From Raillietiella orientalis (lineage: Eukaryota), in assembly GCA_036172245.1 (NCBI GenBank), contig JAYWIR010000015.1, positions 62,001 through 126,000 of the forward strand: 64,000 bases of DNA, given 5' to 3'. Both the position numbers and the translations under genes were made by a program. Below the pieces are notes generated by a model, which was not told the origin of the DNA, made no database searches, and worked only from the letters and a program-made list of their open reading frames with translations. Shown in pieces: positions 1 to 12,540 of the stretch; position 1 is the first letter of the stretch; every line of letters begins with the position of its first letter.

Positions 1-554
1 TCCCGTAATCGGAAGACGGCTTCATACAGGTAGGAATGAAAGGAAAGAGGAGGATGCTCGTCAAGGAGCAAGAAACCCTTCTTACCCTACAAGGTGAAGA
101 GCAAGAAGGCCAGAAGATGGAGGTAGCGCAGGAAGGCGCGGAAGAAGAAATAGCCGAAGCCACTCCGGTGTCGCAGGAGGGCCTGCAATCTACGGAGCAG
201 TTCGCATCTCTGGCTAATGGAGTCCTAGAGGTGCAGAGCGGTCCCCAGCAAGAGAAAATCTTGCAGAAGATCTGCAATGCACAGGAGAAGGTCAACCAGG
301 TTGTGAAGGTCACCGGGCGCGAAAAGCTAGAGGAAGAGCTTCTCGACGTAAAGGCAAACTTCTGCGCCAAGGTTCAGCTAGAGACGCTATCTCAAAAACC
401 GATCGCGCGGGCCGAACACTCGACGGAGGAAGCGGAAGTTATCGACCTCACTGGAACAGAGAGTGACGCCGGCAGCGAGAAGCCCGCTGCTTCTTCATTG
501 TCTGGAAGAGCACGCTCTCTCAGACAGAAGAAGCTCAGGAAGGCCAAAAAATAG
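1..554 (+). pseudogene. C-terminal part of ORF1 of copy A
   Basis: Acidic low-complexity ORF with a basic tail, ending 13 nt before the ORF2 ATG; in-frame TAA at 6-8. Confidence 0.6.
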
Positions 555-567
555 GTCTTCCCCTTTT

Positions 568-3500
568 ATGGCCTCTTCCCTATGGACCGCCAGGAGGCTG
601 AACATCGCCTCCTGGAATGTAAACGGTATGGTCGACTAAAGAAAAAGAAAAAGGATTGTGCGGAACATCGCACAACATGACATAGTGAGCCTGCAGGAGA
701 CCCACAAGATGGGTTTCGAGATTAGTGAGCAAATGGAACGGCGATCCAACGGGAAGATTTTCGTCAGCAACGGAGAACGGAACACGCAGGGTGTGGCAGT
801 CCTAATCAAGAACCAATTGGCCCCCACTATTCTGGAAGTGTTCTGTTTCCAACCCGGACGAATCATCGGCGTGCGACTGGCCTGGTCCGCTACTGTTCAC
901 CTCATCCTCGTGAACTTGTACGGGCCGCACAGGCTAAAACATCGTTGTGCGGAGGCGCTGCATGCAGCACTCCGTGAAAAGGTTGCTCCAAAGGACGTCG
1001 TGATTGTTGCTGGCGATCTCAACATATTGGATGAGATCACTCACTCCGAAGACGCCAGAGGAAGGACGGCGTATCGGCGGTTATCCGACGAGATCGGACT
1101 GGTGTGGCGAACTGCAAGTCACAAGCCGATCGATCACGTCCTGCACAGCACCGAACTTGGGAATCGCATCCAGGGTTTTCGAGACATTATGACCACGGAG
1201 TCCGATCACTCCCTGGTGCGGTTTTCCCTAAGAACGGAGAATCCTCGGCGAAGGCAAGGCATCAGGGCGGCGCTGATCAGCATGCTCGCCTGTTTGGAAA
1301 CCCATCCCGGACATCAGGCTGCCCTGGAGACGATTCTGAAGGCAACAACAATCCGAAGAGTCGCCGACTGGGACAGCCTGAAATACAGGATACACCAGTT
1401 TGGAAACATGCAGTTCGGAGATGGGCGCTTGAGGCAGGAGGCGTACCGGGAGCTGAACATCAAAGATCGCTCACTCTAAAAGTACTTCGATCAGTACGAG
1501 AGTCGGTACGTCTTCAAGAACATAAAAAAGGAAGTCGGCGTGCTGGAGAAGAGAAATCTGGCAACAGATATCTTCTGCATCCAGTACGACGTTCAAAAGC
1601 GACAGTCGTCTGGGAACATCGTGGATGCCTTTCAAAGGCATTACACCAAACACTTTAGGCGACAACATCTCTGTCGCTCTAGTCAACAGGCCTTTCTGAG
1701 CTACCTCGAGAAGAGGACCGACGATCTCCAGCGGAACAGACTGGAGGAGGAATTCTCCGAAGACGAGGTGAAGACTGCGTTTGGTCAACTACGCAAGGAC
1801 GTGGCAGCGGGCCCAGACAGCGTACCCATCACTCACTATCAGCGGTACTTGCATGCCTACCTGCGTTTGTTCCACCAGTTGACCCTCTGCATCCGTGAAG
1901 AAGGAAGACTTCCACAGTCCTTCTACGAGAGTCGAATGAGATTGTTGCCAAAAGGAGGCGACCTCACGCAGGTCGCTCAATGGAGGCGAATCTCGATCCT
2001 GAACTCGGATGCCAAGTGGTTGGCGAAGATCTGGTCCAACCGCTTAGGCAAGGTCATGTCGAGGCTCATCTCTCCGGTCCAAACATGTGCAGTCCCTGGA
2101 CGTTACATGTCGGACAATGTCAAGTGTGCCCAGGACACCGTCGGACTCAGCCGATACGTCGGCGAGAATCTGGCGCTGGTGTTCACTGACATGGAGAAGG
2201 CTTTCGACTCCATCGACCATGGGATGCTGCTGAAGGTTCTGGAGAAGCTAGGCCTTCCGGAACACTTCAGCAACTTCGTGAGGGTGGTACTCCAGAACCA
2301 GTACTGCCGAATCAAAATCAACGGCCAGGAGACGGCAGCAATCCGGATGGAACGGGGAGTCCGGCAGGGCGATTCGCTAATTCCGATGCTGTTTGTCATC
2401 TACATGGAGGCGTTGTCGTCCTTTATCGAGAAGAGCGGACGACTGCAAGGCATAACAATCGATGGCCAGCGTCTTACCCATCTGGCATACGCTGATGATC
2501 TACTCTTCTTTATCAAGGGAGAGAGAAATCAACGAGCGTTTCTGGATGTGGTAGACCTGATGGATCAAGGCCTGGGTCTAAAGATCAACGCCCAGAAAAG
2601 CCAGCTCTTGCCCGTTGGAATCTTCGATCTCTCCACTCTAGCGGGGAGAGGATTCCGAACGGTGGACAAGGCCAAGTACCTGGGTGTCTACATTGGCGAC
2701 GTCTCCGCGTCGAAGCTATTGTGGACCGAGATCCTAGGGAAAACGGCCAAGGAAGCAGCCAAGTACACCCGAACGGACCTTGGAATGAAGCGAAAGGCCA
2801 ACATATGGAACGGAGTACTCCTTCCAAAAGTGCTCTTCGGGGCGGCCTTCGCGAGGATGAAAAAGGAAACCACGAGGGAGTTCGACAAGCTGCAGAGAAA
2901 AACACTGTGGGGCCACTATCGCCCAAGAGTCCGACTAAAACCCCTGTGTCGTCCCAGGGAAGAAGGTGGTCCGGGATGAAGTCGCTTGCACAGTCCGTAG
3001 GAATCATGGATTCGCGACACATCCTGGACATTGCCACTCACTGGGATGACTGGCCGTATGCCGCGCACAGGGCCTACGCGTTGTTGTTGAACAACTCGAA
3101 AGGCCTGATGACTGCGCTGCTAGGCCGAGCAGGCGTATGGAAAAAAATCGACCCAACCTGGACGAGGAAGCAACGGCTGGTGCGAAAGCACAAAATCAAG
3201 ATCGTGCCGAGAAGTAGGGAACTCTGGCAGGACGAGTCCATCCTGGTGATCCCTTGGATGCTTCCTGTCCCGCCGGACACGAGAAGCTGGATCCACCAGC
3301 GGTCCAGAGTTACCCTTCAACGAATCCAGGAGTGGAAACGTGGAGGGTACCTACATCACACTCGTATACTTAGGTATATAGAGATGATGTTAGGAAGGTT
3401 TACCCACATGACTCGCGAAGTGTGGTTCAACCACAACGACTTTGCGTGGTCCAGGGTAACCAAAACAAACCTCCGAAGACTAATTCAAGAAGAACACAGT

Positions 3501-4085
3501 GATATCGGTGCCATCCAGGAAGGCGCCGATCGCTATGGGAGTGACCGGATCAACCTGTTAGCGATTGGCACGACGCTCTGGAGGAGTGACCTTCCGCCGG
3601 GCACCCAGGATGACCTCCTGATGTTTTATCATAGAGGAATCCAGAGTGGGTCCCGATTGCAGCACTACACCGGAAGAAGGCAAGATCGAAACTGCACTGT
3701 ATGTGGAGACATCGACACGAGAGTTCACGTCTTGACGTGTCCCACATTGCTGCATGACTGGCTGATCCTGAAAAGGATCATCGGACTTTCGAACAGATCC
3801 GTAATGGAGATCCTCGCCGGGATGTTTCAGGGGAATGGTAATGTTCCCTGTTACAATCCCATGGTGAGGACGACCATCGCCCTCTTCATCACCGCCATAC
3901 TTGTGCGGTGGTGGAAAATGAGGAAAGCCAGAAGAGCCGCACCACCGATGGAGATCCTGCAAGGGCTCCTGAAGAGGGAAATCGGCATTAGAAAGTGTGG
4001 GAAAATCCAAGCCTGGACGTACCGATTCATCTTGAAGAGGATAGAAGACGACGCCCGGGACCAAATAGTAGGAAACCCACCATGA
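568..4085 (+). pseudogene. ORF2 (APE endonuclease + reverse transcriptase + CCHC) of copy A, disrupted
   Basis: Motifs SWNVNG, LQETH, GDLN, IDH, SDH; WRRISILNSDAK, DMEKAFD, GVRQGD, YADD, YLGV; CTVC-x7-H-x3-C. In-frame TAA at 637 and 1477; frameshift near 2970 (EEGG|GMKSL). Confidence 0.92.
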
Positions 4086-4216
4086 ATGCAGAACTTGTGA
4101 GAACCCAAGGACTTCATAGTGGTAAAAAAAAAGTGCTAATGGTATGGATGAGATTGTAGTGTGAATGTTTTTATACAAAAATTTTAGAAAAATAAATTTA
4201 CCCCACCCCTCGTGGG

Positions 4217-5470
4217 ACTTGGGGAAAATTGCCGATTCGGCGATGGGGCGACTGCATGGAGCGTGCTTTTGCTCGTCGCAACGCTGCTTTTTACGGCTTT
4301 TGTGACCTTTGCAGAGGTTCCTGCGCTGCAGTGGGGCTCTCCGGAACTCGGAAGGGACAACGGAACGGGGCAAGAAGTCGAACTGTTGCGATCTTTCTGT
4401 TTTCCTACCTTTCCCTTCAGGGTGTTACGGAGATTTCCTGGTTCCTGGCTCGGAGAGGTGCCTGCGAGTTCGGCAGAGAGGGAAAGCACGGCACGCGTCA
4501 AACCCTCGCGCTCCTTTTTAATATGCTTCCCCGCAGTGACTTTCCTCTTTCGAGGCGTTGTGAGCGGGGATGCTTTCTTTTCATCCGCGGATCGCTCGTG
4601 GTTTTTTGCGAGTTTTTGCGGACGACGTTTTTTATTTGCTGCTGCGGCTTTTCGTGCAGTGGTCTCTTGAACCCGACGAATTTCCGCTGCGGCTCTTTTT
4701 CTTGCAAGTACCGGGCACTTCTTGATTTCGTGCCCGGAATCTTTGCAATAGCGGCATCTTGGAGAGGGGCACTCTTTAATTCGGTGCCCATCCTTGCCGC
4801 ACTGCTCGCACGCGCGAGTCTGGCATATGAACCACAGGTGAACGACCGTGCCGTTCACCTGCAGCTGCTCAGGCACAACACGCCTGTTCGCGACGGTGAT
4901 CCGCGCGGAGGCTTGTCCAATGTGGACAGAGGGGAAATCCTTTAGAGGATTTGGCCTCCTCCACAGAGCGTGCACGGTGGCGAACTTCGCCAGCACACTT
5001 ACGACATCGCGGTCGGAGATTTCCGGTTCGATGTCGCACAATTGAACGACAAAAGAGTCGTCCATGGCGGTAGGTAGGACCTCCTTGCCATTGATGGTCA
5101 ACAGCGTATGAAGAAGGCGCTGCACAAGTACTGCCTTCTTGCACCTAATCTTCGTATATTCCATCCTGCCAGCACGCATTATGGCAAGGAGTTCCTCCTC
5201 GCGAACGCCGATCCGGACGAGCTCATCCTTGAGCTCACGACCAATTGTCACGTTAAGGGGCCCATTGACCTTATAACGGAATGCAGGCATATATCCTGAT
5301 GACACATATGCCTGGAACTCCGCATCGCAGGGTCCTGGACTTTGGGAGGTAACGGCGGCGAAACTCCTCACCGGGGGCGAGGACACCATTACGGAGGATG
5401 CGGCCACTCCAAGTGCAGCTGAAGTGCATCCAGTGGCTTGCTCCTCGACCCTATCCTGTGTACTGGCCAT
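4217..5470 (-). pseudogene. Gag-like ORF1 of copy B, cut off by the 3' end of copy A; 5' UTR extends to about 5560
   Basis: Two CCHC knuckles (CEQCGKDGHRIKEC, CRYCKDSGHEIKKC); collinear with ORF1 of copy E (RSFA.V, VQRLL, FVVQL); stop-free up to the junction. Confidence 0.88.
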
Positions 5471-5564
5471 GTTGCACTATGCTACTTGGTAGATTGCACA
5501 GGAACACACAAGTGCGAGCGAAAACGCAGGCACAAAGTTGCCCGATCGTTGGCGCGGATAGACG

Positions 5565-6895
5565 CGGAAACACGTCTGCACTGTACGAGCGCAAAAGTTC
5601 GAACGGATCTCCGGAGGGCGGCTATGGTATAGCTGTGGGAACCCGAAAATTTGCGGTGTCGCCTGCCTACTTCGACCAGCCGTCGAGGCCTCAGCTCGGC
5701 ACGTGCGGTTCGACGATCACGGTCGTGTCGGCGAGCTGACTCTCAGGTGGTCCGACTCGAACGATCTGATCGTCACTAACGTGTACACACCGAGTAGCGC
5801 GGACCTGATGACCAATAGGGAGAGTAAAGAGTTTTTTTTTGCCCTCCGGCGAGACTGGCTGACCGAAGCAGGCGTGCGGAATGCCCATCTGGTTGCAGGC
5901 GATTTCAACGTTCGCCTGAAACCAGATGGGCACAATCCCGAGCGTGACCTGGTCAACGAGTTGTGCATACAGGTGCACACCTCTAATTTGTTGGCCAGTG
6001 CTCCGGGGATGGAAGACAGCATGGAACACGTATTTCTTAACGATCACCTGCGCCCTCGCGTAGGCAGGCGCAACAAGTTACCGTGCTAACCGTCCGACCA
6101 TCGTCCGCTACTCCTCGAGATCCACCCGCGCGACAGGGGCCCCCCTCGTCAGCGTGGCGTCTCAAAGGGGACCGGCTGAAGCTCCCAAACGCGGCGAAAC
6201 ATCTCCGCACGCTCATTCAGAGCTTCAGGCTGCGGACACTTCAGGATTGGGAACGCTTTAAGCGGTCGGTCCAGGAGTTCTGCGATTAGTTCCCTCTGTA
6301 CCGCCTGCCTACTGGTTTTGGAACCGGGGTCCGTAACGAACGAGCCTATCTGCAGGCCCGTCGTTACGCCAGGGCCCCCGACATATGCAGGCTGGCTGAA
6401 TACAAAGCGGGTGCCGAGAGCCGAGCCTGGCAGACCGGATCGGCGAGCATGCTGGACGATAAGGGCCAGGAGAACTCAGCAGCCGCCCAAATCCGCTGCC
6501 TGCTGCGGAGTTAGTACTCTTTCCTGTATGCCAGAGCAACACCGGAGAAAAACGTCTCACGACTCCTGCTTCCAGAAAGCGTTTCAGCGATCAAGGAAGA
6601 GGAGAGAAAGACACTCGACGAGCCTTTCACGATAGAGGAGATCCTCTCGGCCATCGGAAAGCTCAAGAGACGCAAGGCTCGAGGGGAGGACGGCCTGCCC
6701 GCGGAGTTTTACCAAACCTTTGCGGCTCAGCTTACCCTCCTGGTACAGCAACTCACTTTGCTGATATGCGAAACAGGTGACGTTCCCGCCTCGTTTCGTT
6801 CGGCAAAGGTGCGTCTTCTTCCTAAAAGAGGAGATCTGAGGAGCATGAACAACTGGCTTCTCATCACAATAGTAAATGCGGACGCAAAGTTGCTG
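5565..6895 (+). pseudogene. ORF2 fragment (endonuclease to start of RT) of copy C, decayed and truncated at both ends
   Basis: CGVACLL..VRFDDHGRVG, NVYTP, AGDFN, SDH, GEDGLPAEFY, LLPKRGDL, ITIVNADAKLL; frameshift near 6085, stops near 6287 and 6512. Confidence 0.88.
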
Positions 6896-9800
6896 GTTGC
6901 CACCCGGTCACGCCGGGGCGTTAATTAAAAATTCTCTTTCATTCGTGGTACAAGGCCCCACTACGGCCAACTCAACTGGACCTGCCGGGTCGCCGGTACG
7001 CAGACCGGCGCGACTCTCCTCAGCAGCGGAAGAAGGTGGAGAAAAAACAAAAAGAAAAATAAAACATAAAAACAAAAAGATTTGGGAGGGTTGAAGAGGG
7101 ATCACTGACCACTGGGAGGAGGGTCCATAATTCGCAGGATGCCCTCGAGGTCCGTCCGTATAATTCCCAGGTGGGGCCATCTGGTCACAATCCGCAGGTA
7201 GCGGACTGCAAGTACGACGGCATCCCTGTCGTGGCTCGGTCTTCCGACGTTGCTTCAGCACGTCACAATCCCGCGTACGCAGCAAAGTGCAGCCAGGGTA
7301 GCGGCTGGACGCAGGGCATCATGCACGAACAGAAGCCGAAAAACGTCTCTGAGCTGGCTGCCCCCCTGGATCCGTAGGGAGGCACGAAGACGTTCCCACA
7401 GGGGTCGGAGGGCAGCACAATCAACAAAAAGGTGGGGGAGCGTTTCCCGTTCCCCACACCTGATGCAGGTAGGATCTACTCGACCCCTGGTCCAGTGGTG
7501 GCGGCGTGCGTTGCTGGGTAGACCCCAATGCAACAACAGAAGCGCCGACTCCGGCCACTTCAGGGGGAGGATCCTAAAACCAATTAATACCGGGGGCCAC
7601 TTCAGTTCACCCGGCTGGATGCCGAGTAGCTCGCCCCATCTCTGCAGTCCTCTCCGCTGGACACTAGGGGTACTGGCGTCCGCCAGTTCACCCGTGGACC
7701 AGCCGCTGATCAACTTCTCCTTGCCTGCGATGCGGCAGGAGACTTGCCACCTAGGCTTGCGGCTGCTGGAGAGCGCCCTCCTCAAGAAGGGCATCGTCGT
7801 AGCTAGGGGGGTTGTCTCTGCCCACGTGCTTCTCCCGAGACACTGGAGTATCTTCCGCATAGTGCAGCGGGTGTTGGCGCCGCGTCGCAGGCAGTTCCAC
7901 ATCTCTCCGTTCTTCTGGTTTATTTTCGCTTACGTGCCAGCTCTCTCCTCCAGCCATGCGGAGGGGTTGGCGAGGCTGCATACTATCCAGCCGTTTTCCT
8001 TAGCCAGAGTTGCCATGCGTCCCAGGAGAAGTCCGCATTTCTTGATCTTCCTGCCACGGCACAGAAGATGGGACGCGAGACCCTCCGTCCCGGATACACG
8101 GCTGGCAAGAAGTCGGGCCGGAACGCACCAAGGGGTGCTCCATAACTTCGCTGCGATGGCGACGGTTCGCCACCGCAGCTCAATCTCTACTCGCTCCATC
8201 GTCAAGAGTCCGAGAAAGCCTTCCCTACGTGGAGGACACAAGTCCTTGAACGGGAATCGGGACCTCCCTCTTCCCCAAAGGGCAATTATCAGGAGGTCCT
8301 TCGTCCGTTTTTTCAACTCTCTGGGGACGGGGCAAAGAAAAAGCAGGTAGCGGAGGATAGAAGCCGCGAACGCGTTCCATACCGCGGCCCGTTCCGGAAG
8401 AATAAGCTTGTCTTCCAGGAGAGGGCCGATCGCCGTTTCCACTTTTTGGAGGCAGCCGGACTACGCTTTCGCAGCGGAGTATTCCCCCAAGGGAACGTCA
8501 AGGTACATCAAGCACCTCGCCTAATGGATCCCCAAGCGTACCCAGTCCTGCAACCCAGCCCACGCCGCTCCGACTGGAACCACCGTCGACTTCGCCCTGT
8601 TCACCGTAAGTCTGGTCCCGCGGCTAAGCAGATCGAAGAAATCCCCGACCGCCTTCGCCGAGGTGGACATCGGCAACAGAAGCAAAAGATCGTCGGCGTA
8701 TGATGCTACGGCGGGCGTGCCGGGGCACGAGCTCGGCAAGGGGGCCAAAGTCACCCTGTACGCTCTCAGCACCAACTCAAAGTAGGTGCTAAAGAGCAGG
8801 GGACTGAGGCTGTCGCCCTGTTGTATGCCCCGCCGTACCGGCACGCCGTACGCCATTTGACCTCTGAAAGAGATATTGATCAGCGCGCTGCGCCAGCAAG
8901 AGCGCAGGTAGGTCAGTAGGGAGGGAGGGAAGCCCATGCGTCCCAGGAGCTCCAGCAGGAGATCCTGGTCCACGCAGTCAAACGCTTTATGTAGATCGAC
9001 TGCGATCGCTAGGGCTCCCTTCCCCACCTGGGAGTCCTGTCCCTGCCCGGCTGACGCCCCCAAAGCGGGGCTGCCAATCCTTCCCTCTTCCTTTTCTTCA
9101 CTACTCTGCACATGAAACCATGTGCTCGCGAAGAAGAGGTTGGCCTCCATACTTCGCCCGGGAACAGCGTAATTCTGCTCCGGGCTAATTACGGAATTGG
9201 CCACCTGCCCCAGACGCGAAGTCCACAGTCCGGCGATCAGCTTGGCGTCCGTGTTCACAATTGTGATCGGACGCCAGTTGCTGAGTTTCCTGAGGTCTCC
9301 TCCTTTCGGAAGGAGCCTCACTCTGGCTGACCGAAACGAGGCGGGTACATCGCCTTCATCTCGGATCAGCCTTGTCAACTCAAGCACCAGGGGTGCCAAC
9401 TCTGCCGCGAAGCATTGAAAAAACTCCGCAGGCAGGCCGTCCTCCCCTGGTGCTTTCCGCCTCTTGAGCCTTTTGATACCGGCGAGAATTTCGCCGGTGG
9501 TAAAAGGCTCGTCGAGGCTTTCCTTCTCCTCCTCCCCTATTGCCGGGGCACCGTTCGGAAGCAAGCGCCGAGAGGCATCTTGGTCCGGGGGCGCCCTGGC
9601 GTAAAGGGAGGACTAAAAACGCCGCACGAGGTGCCGTATTCTAGCCGGAGCCGAGTGCTCCCGGCCCTGGTCGTCCAGCAAGCTGGCCGATCCGGATTGC
9701 CAGGCTTGACGTTCGGCCCCGGCTCGATACTCTGCCAGGCGACGGACATTGGGGGTCCTCGCGTAACGACGGGCATACAAGTACGCTCGTTCGTTACGGA

Positions 9801-10514
9801 TGCCCTCCCCAAATCCCCGGGGCAGGAGGTGCAAGGGGAACTCCTCGCAAAACTCGCGGACCGAGGCCTTAAAAAGGTCCCAATCATTGAGATTGCGGAG
9901 GGTGACGCCTCTCAGGAATTCGCGAAGGTGTTCCTTCGCACCTGAGAGTCGCGTCCAGTCCCCAGGCAGACGCCACGCCCTGGATGGGGGGCCCCTGTCG
10001 CGCGGGCACACCTCGAATATCAACCGGAAATGGTCAGACAGCTCCGACGCAACTTTCCCCCGTTTGCCGACCCGTGAACACAGGTCGACATCCAGGAAGA
10101 CGTGGTCGATGCTGCTGACCATTTCCGAAAGATCCCCTAACAAGTTGCGCGTGCGCATGGCGGCGCACAACTCGTTAGCCGTCCGTTCCTGTGCGTGTGG
10201 CTCACCTGATAGCAGGCGGAGATTAAAGTCTCCCGCTATCAGGTGAGCCACGCGCACGTTCGCTTCCGCCAGCCAGTCGCGCTTCAGGGTTTCCAGGAAC
10301 GCCTTACGTTCCTGGTACCTGGTAGGACCGCTCGGAGCGTACACATTTGTTACGACGAGGTCGATCGTGTCGGACCACCTGAGAATCAGCTGGCCGACAC
10401 GACCGGCTTCGTCGAAGCGCACGCCCTTCACGGCTGCGTCGACTGCCGGCTTCATAAAAAACGCGACGCCGCAGGTGTATCGGGTGCCGCATTGCCACAT
10501 CGACCGTCCCCCTC
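6890..10514 (-). mobile_element. L1/Tx1-like copy D: 5'-truncated ORF2 (stop at 7102-7104) plus complete 3' UTR
   Basis: One reading frame with stops at 9613, 8521, 8461, 7930 and 7255. Motifs AGDFN, SDH, DLHKAFD, QGDSLSP, YADD, CIRC..H..C; terminal hairpin at 6903-6917. Confidence 0.92.
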
Positions 10515-10602
10515 CATTGTTCGGACGTGCACTCTTGCGCTCCGTCTTTGGTGCTTCTTTGCGGTTGTTCCTTTTGGGTGTGGTGAAATTTTTCATTCGA
10601 AA

Positions 10603-12540
10603 ATGAAGCCAGTGCCCCCAGAAATGGAGGTGGAGGAATCCCCCTGCGCCGCAGGACCTTCTTCGGGAGGAGCGGAAGCCTCCAACGATCGTCCCTCGCC
10701 TCCAGCGAGAAGTTTTGCCACCGTTGCTAAGGCAGCGGCGGCTCACGGAGCCCCACCCGACGAGGCAGAGCTGCGGGCGTACGCCGCGAGCAACTACAAC
10801 CCCCCTCTGGCCTACAAGGTCAGTGCCGCGTACCGGGATGGGACGGGCAACCAGCTCTGGAGCGAGCTGGAACGCGTAGGGGTCCGAGAGGACGATCTCC
10901 TGGCAATTATGCCAGTGAGCGCGGTAGGCCATTGGGAGGTGCACTGCAAGGATGCAGCCCTCGTCCAGCGCCTACTGCGAACCCCCCTGAAAATCAGGGG
11001 TAAGGAGGTCGTCCCCTCGGCCCTGGATCAATCGTTCGTGGTCCAGCTCTCGGGAATTAGGCCGAGAATAACGGACCGCGACATCATTGTTGCACTCGAG
11101 GCGTTCGCCACAGTGCACGCGATGTGGAGGCGCGCGAACCCGATCGATAAAGTCGCGCGCCTCTCTTGCGGACTCGCGACGGCGCGCGTCACCATGGACG
11201 ACCGGAGGCTCATGCCTTCGCAGATCCTCCTCGGTGACGTCGTCGTCTATCTCCGGTTTGCCGGGCAAACCCCCGCTTGCGGCAACTGCGGGAAGGAGGG
11301 CCACCGTCCGCGGAAGTGCCCAACACGCAGTTGCCGATACTGTAAGCTGCTCGGCCACTCGATTAACGAGTGCGCCGAGCTGAAACGAAAGAGGAGGGCG
11401 AGAAACCCCCCCGCAACATCGCCGTCCGCGCCGACTCCATCCGCCCCGTCGTCGGGGAAGAAATCAGGCGCGAACGAGCATTCTCAGCGGAGAAGTGAAA
11501 AGTCCGCTTGCGCGGGCGATTCTCGGAGCAATGCTCCACAAAAACCCGCGCGAAAGGACAAGAAGCTCCTCCAGGCTGCTTCAGTAAAGCCCCGAGCGAC
11601 CCAGCCCGCCGATAACATCGGGCAGGCTGCAAAAATACCACCGCCGCTTCCGTCCGCTCTCGCTCCGGAGCGAAATAGCGGTGGCACGCCCGGGAAGACC
11701 ACCGGAGCGTCGAAAAAGGGGTCGCGCGCCCCTTTGCCCGCGACAGGCAAGCCGGCCACGGCGGGCCGAACGCCAGCAAAGGCTGAAAAGCCTCGCGCGA
11801 CACCCGAGAATCCCGCCACTGTGCCCGCACCTCCCGGTAAGGAGGTGCAGAAGGCAGACGTGGCGAAGGAGACACTGGCCTCCATCGCCGTATCCGAGGC
11901 CTTGGAAAGGATGCGAAGGACCCTGGAAGCCCTCGCGCCCAACCGGGGCAAACAGGAAGGCGGCGAGGATGGCTGGACCTTCGTCGGGGGAAAGAAGGAG
12001 CGCAAACCGCGCGATCCTTCCCACTTCCCGATCCAAAAGGTAGGCGGGGTGAAGAGGCAACTCCGCGCGCCCAGAAAGGCGCAAGGAAAAGCCTCTGCTG
12101 CCGCCGCGCGCGCCGCCGCAAACACCCGCGGCGAGAGGGGAGCTGCCGAAGCCGTGACCCCGAAAGGGGGATCGGCGACGAAGGCGCCCTCTAAGAGTGC
12201 TGGACCAGCTCCGGGCTGCCAGCAAACAAAGAGGCAGGCGAAACGCCCGCCGCCGCGCGCGCGCAATTCGGACTCCGAGGTGGAGTCCGAGGGCAGCGCT
12301 AAGGCTCGCCAAGCCCCGGTCAAGGCCAGGGCTGCGCGCAAGCCAAAACTTGCCAGGCAAGAGCCTGATGCCGGGAACGGTTCCCGATGCTCCTCGGAGC
12401 CCGAGGCAATGGTCCTCGACTCCACCGAGCCGGCCGCGAGCGGCGCGGCGGGGACAGGAAGCGCTTGCGCTACCTCATCCGCCGTGCTCCCGGCTGATGC
12501 CTCGCCGGACGGGGCGAGGAACGCACCTCCATGTCCGTAG
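10603..12540 (+). CDS. ORF1 Gag-like nucleic-acid-binding protein of copy E (645 aa, intact)
   Basis: ATG at 10603; CCHC knuckles CGNCGKEGHRPRKC and CRYCKLLGHSINEC; long Pro/Ala/Lys-rich tail. The ORF-track extension to 10243 is antisense copy D sequence. Confidence 0.88.
   Translation: MKPVPPEMEVEESPCAAGPSSGGAEASNDRPSPPARSFATVAKAAAAHGAPPDEAELRAYAASNYNPPLAYKVSAAYRDGTGNQLWSELERVGVREDDLLAIMPVSAVGHWEVHCKDAALVQRLLRTPLKIRGKEVVPSALDQSFVVQLSGIRPRITDRDIIVALEAFATVHAMWRRANPIDKVARLSCGLATARVTMDDRRLMPSQILLGDVVVYLRFAGQTPACGNCGKEGHRPRKCPTRSCRYCKLLGHSINECAELKRKRRARNPPATSPSAPTPSAPSSGKKSGANEHSQRRSEKSACAGDSRSNAPQKPARKDKKLLQAASVKPRATQPADNIGQAAKIPPPLPSALAPERNSGGTPGKTTGASKKGSRAPLPATGKPATAGRTPAKAEKPRATPENPATVPAPPGKEVQKADVAKETLASIAVSEALERMRRTLEALAPNRGKQEGGEDGWTFVGGKKERKPRDPSHFPIQKVGGVKRQLRAPRKAQGKASAAAARAAANTRGERGAAEAVTPKGGSATKAPSKSAGPAPGCQQTKRQAKRPPPRARNSDSEVESEGSAKARQAPVKARAARKPKLARQEPDAGNGSRCSSEPEAMVLDSTEPAASGAAGTGSACATSSAVLPADASPDGARNAPPCP

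Larger units (their letters stand above)
1..4216 (+). mobile_element. L1/Tx1-like non-LTR retrotransposon, copy A (5' part outside window)
   Basis: ORF1 tail, ORF2 with APE-RT-CCHC, then 3' UTR with AATAAA (4191-4196) and terminal hairpin cccac-ccctc-gtggg (4202-4216). Confidence 0.9.
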
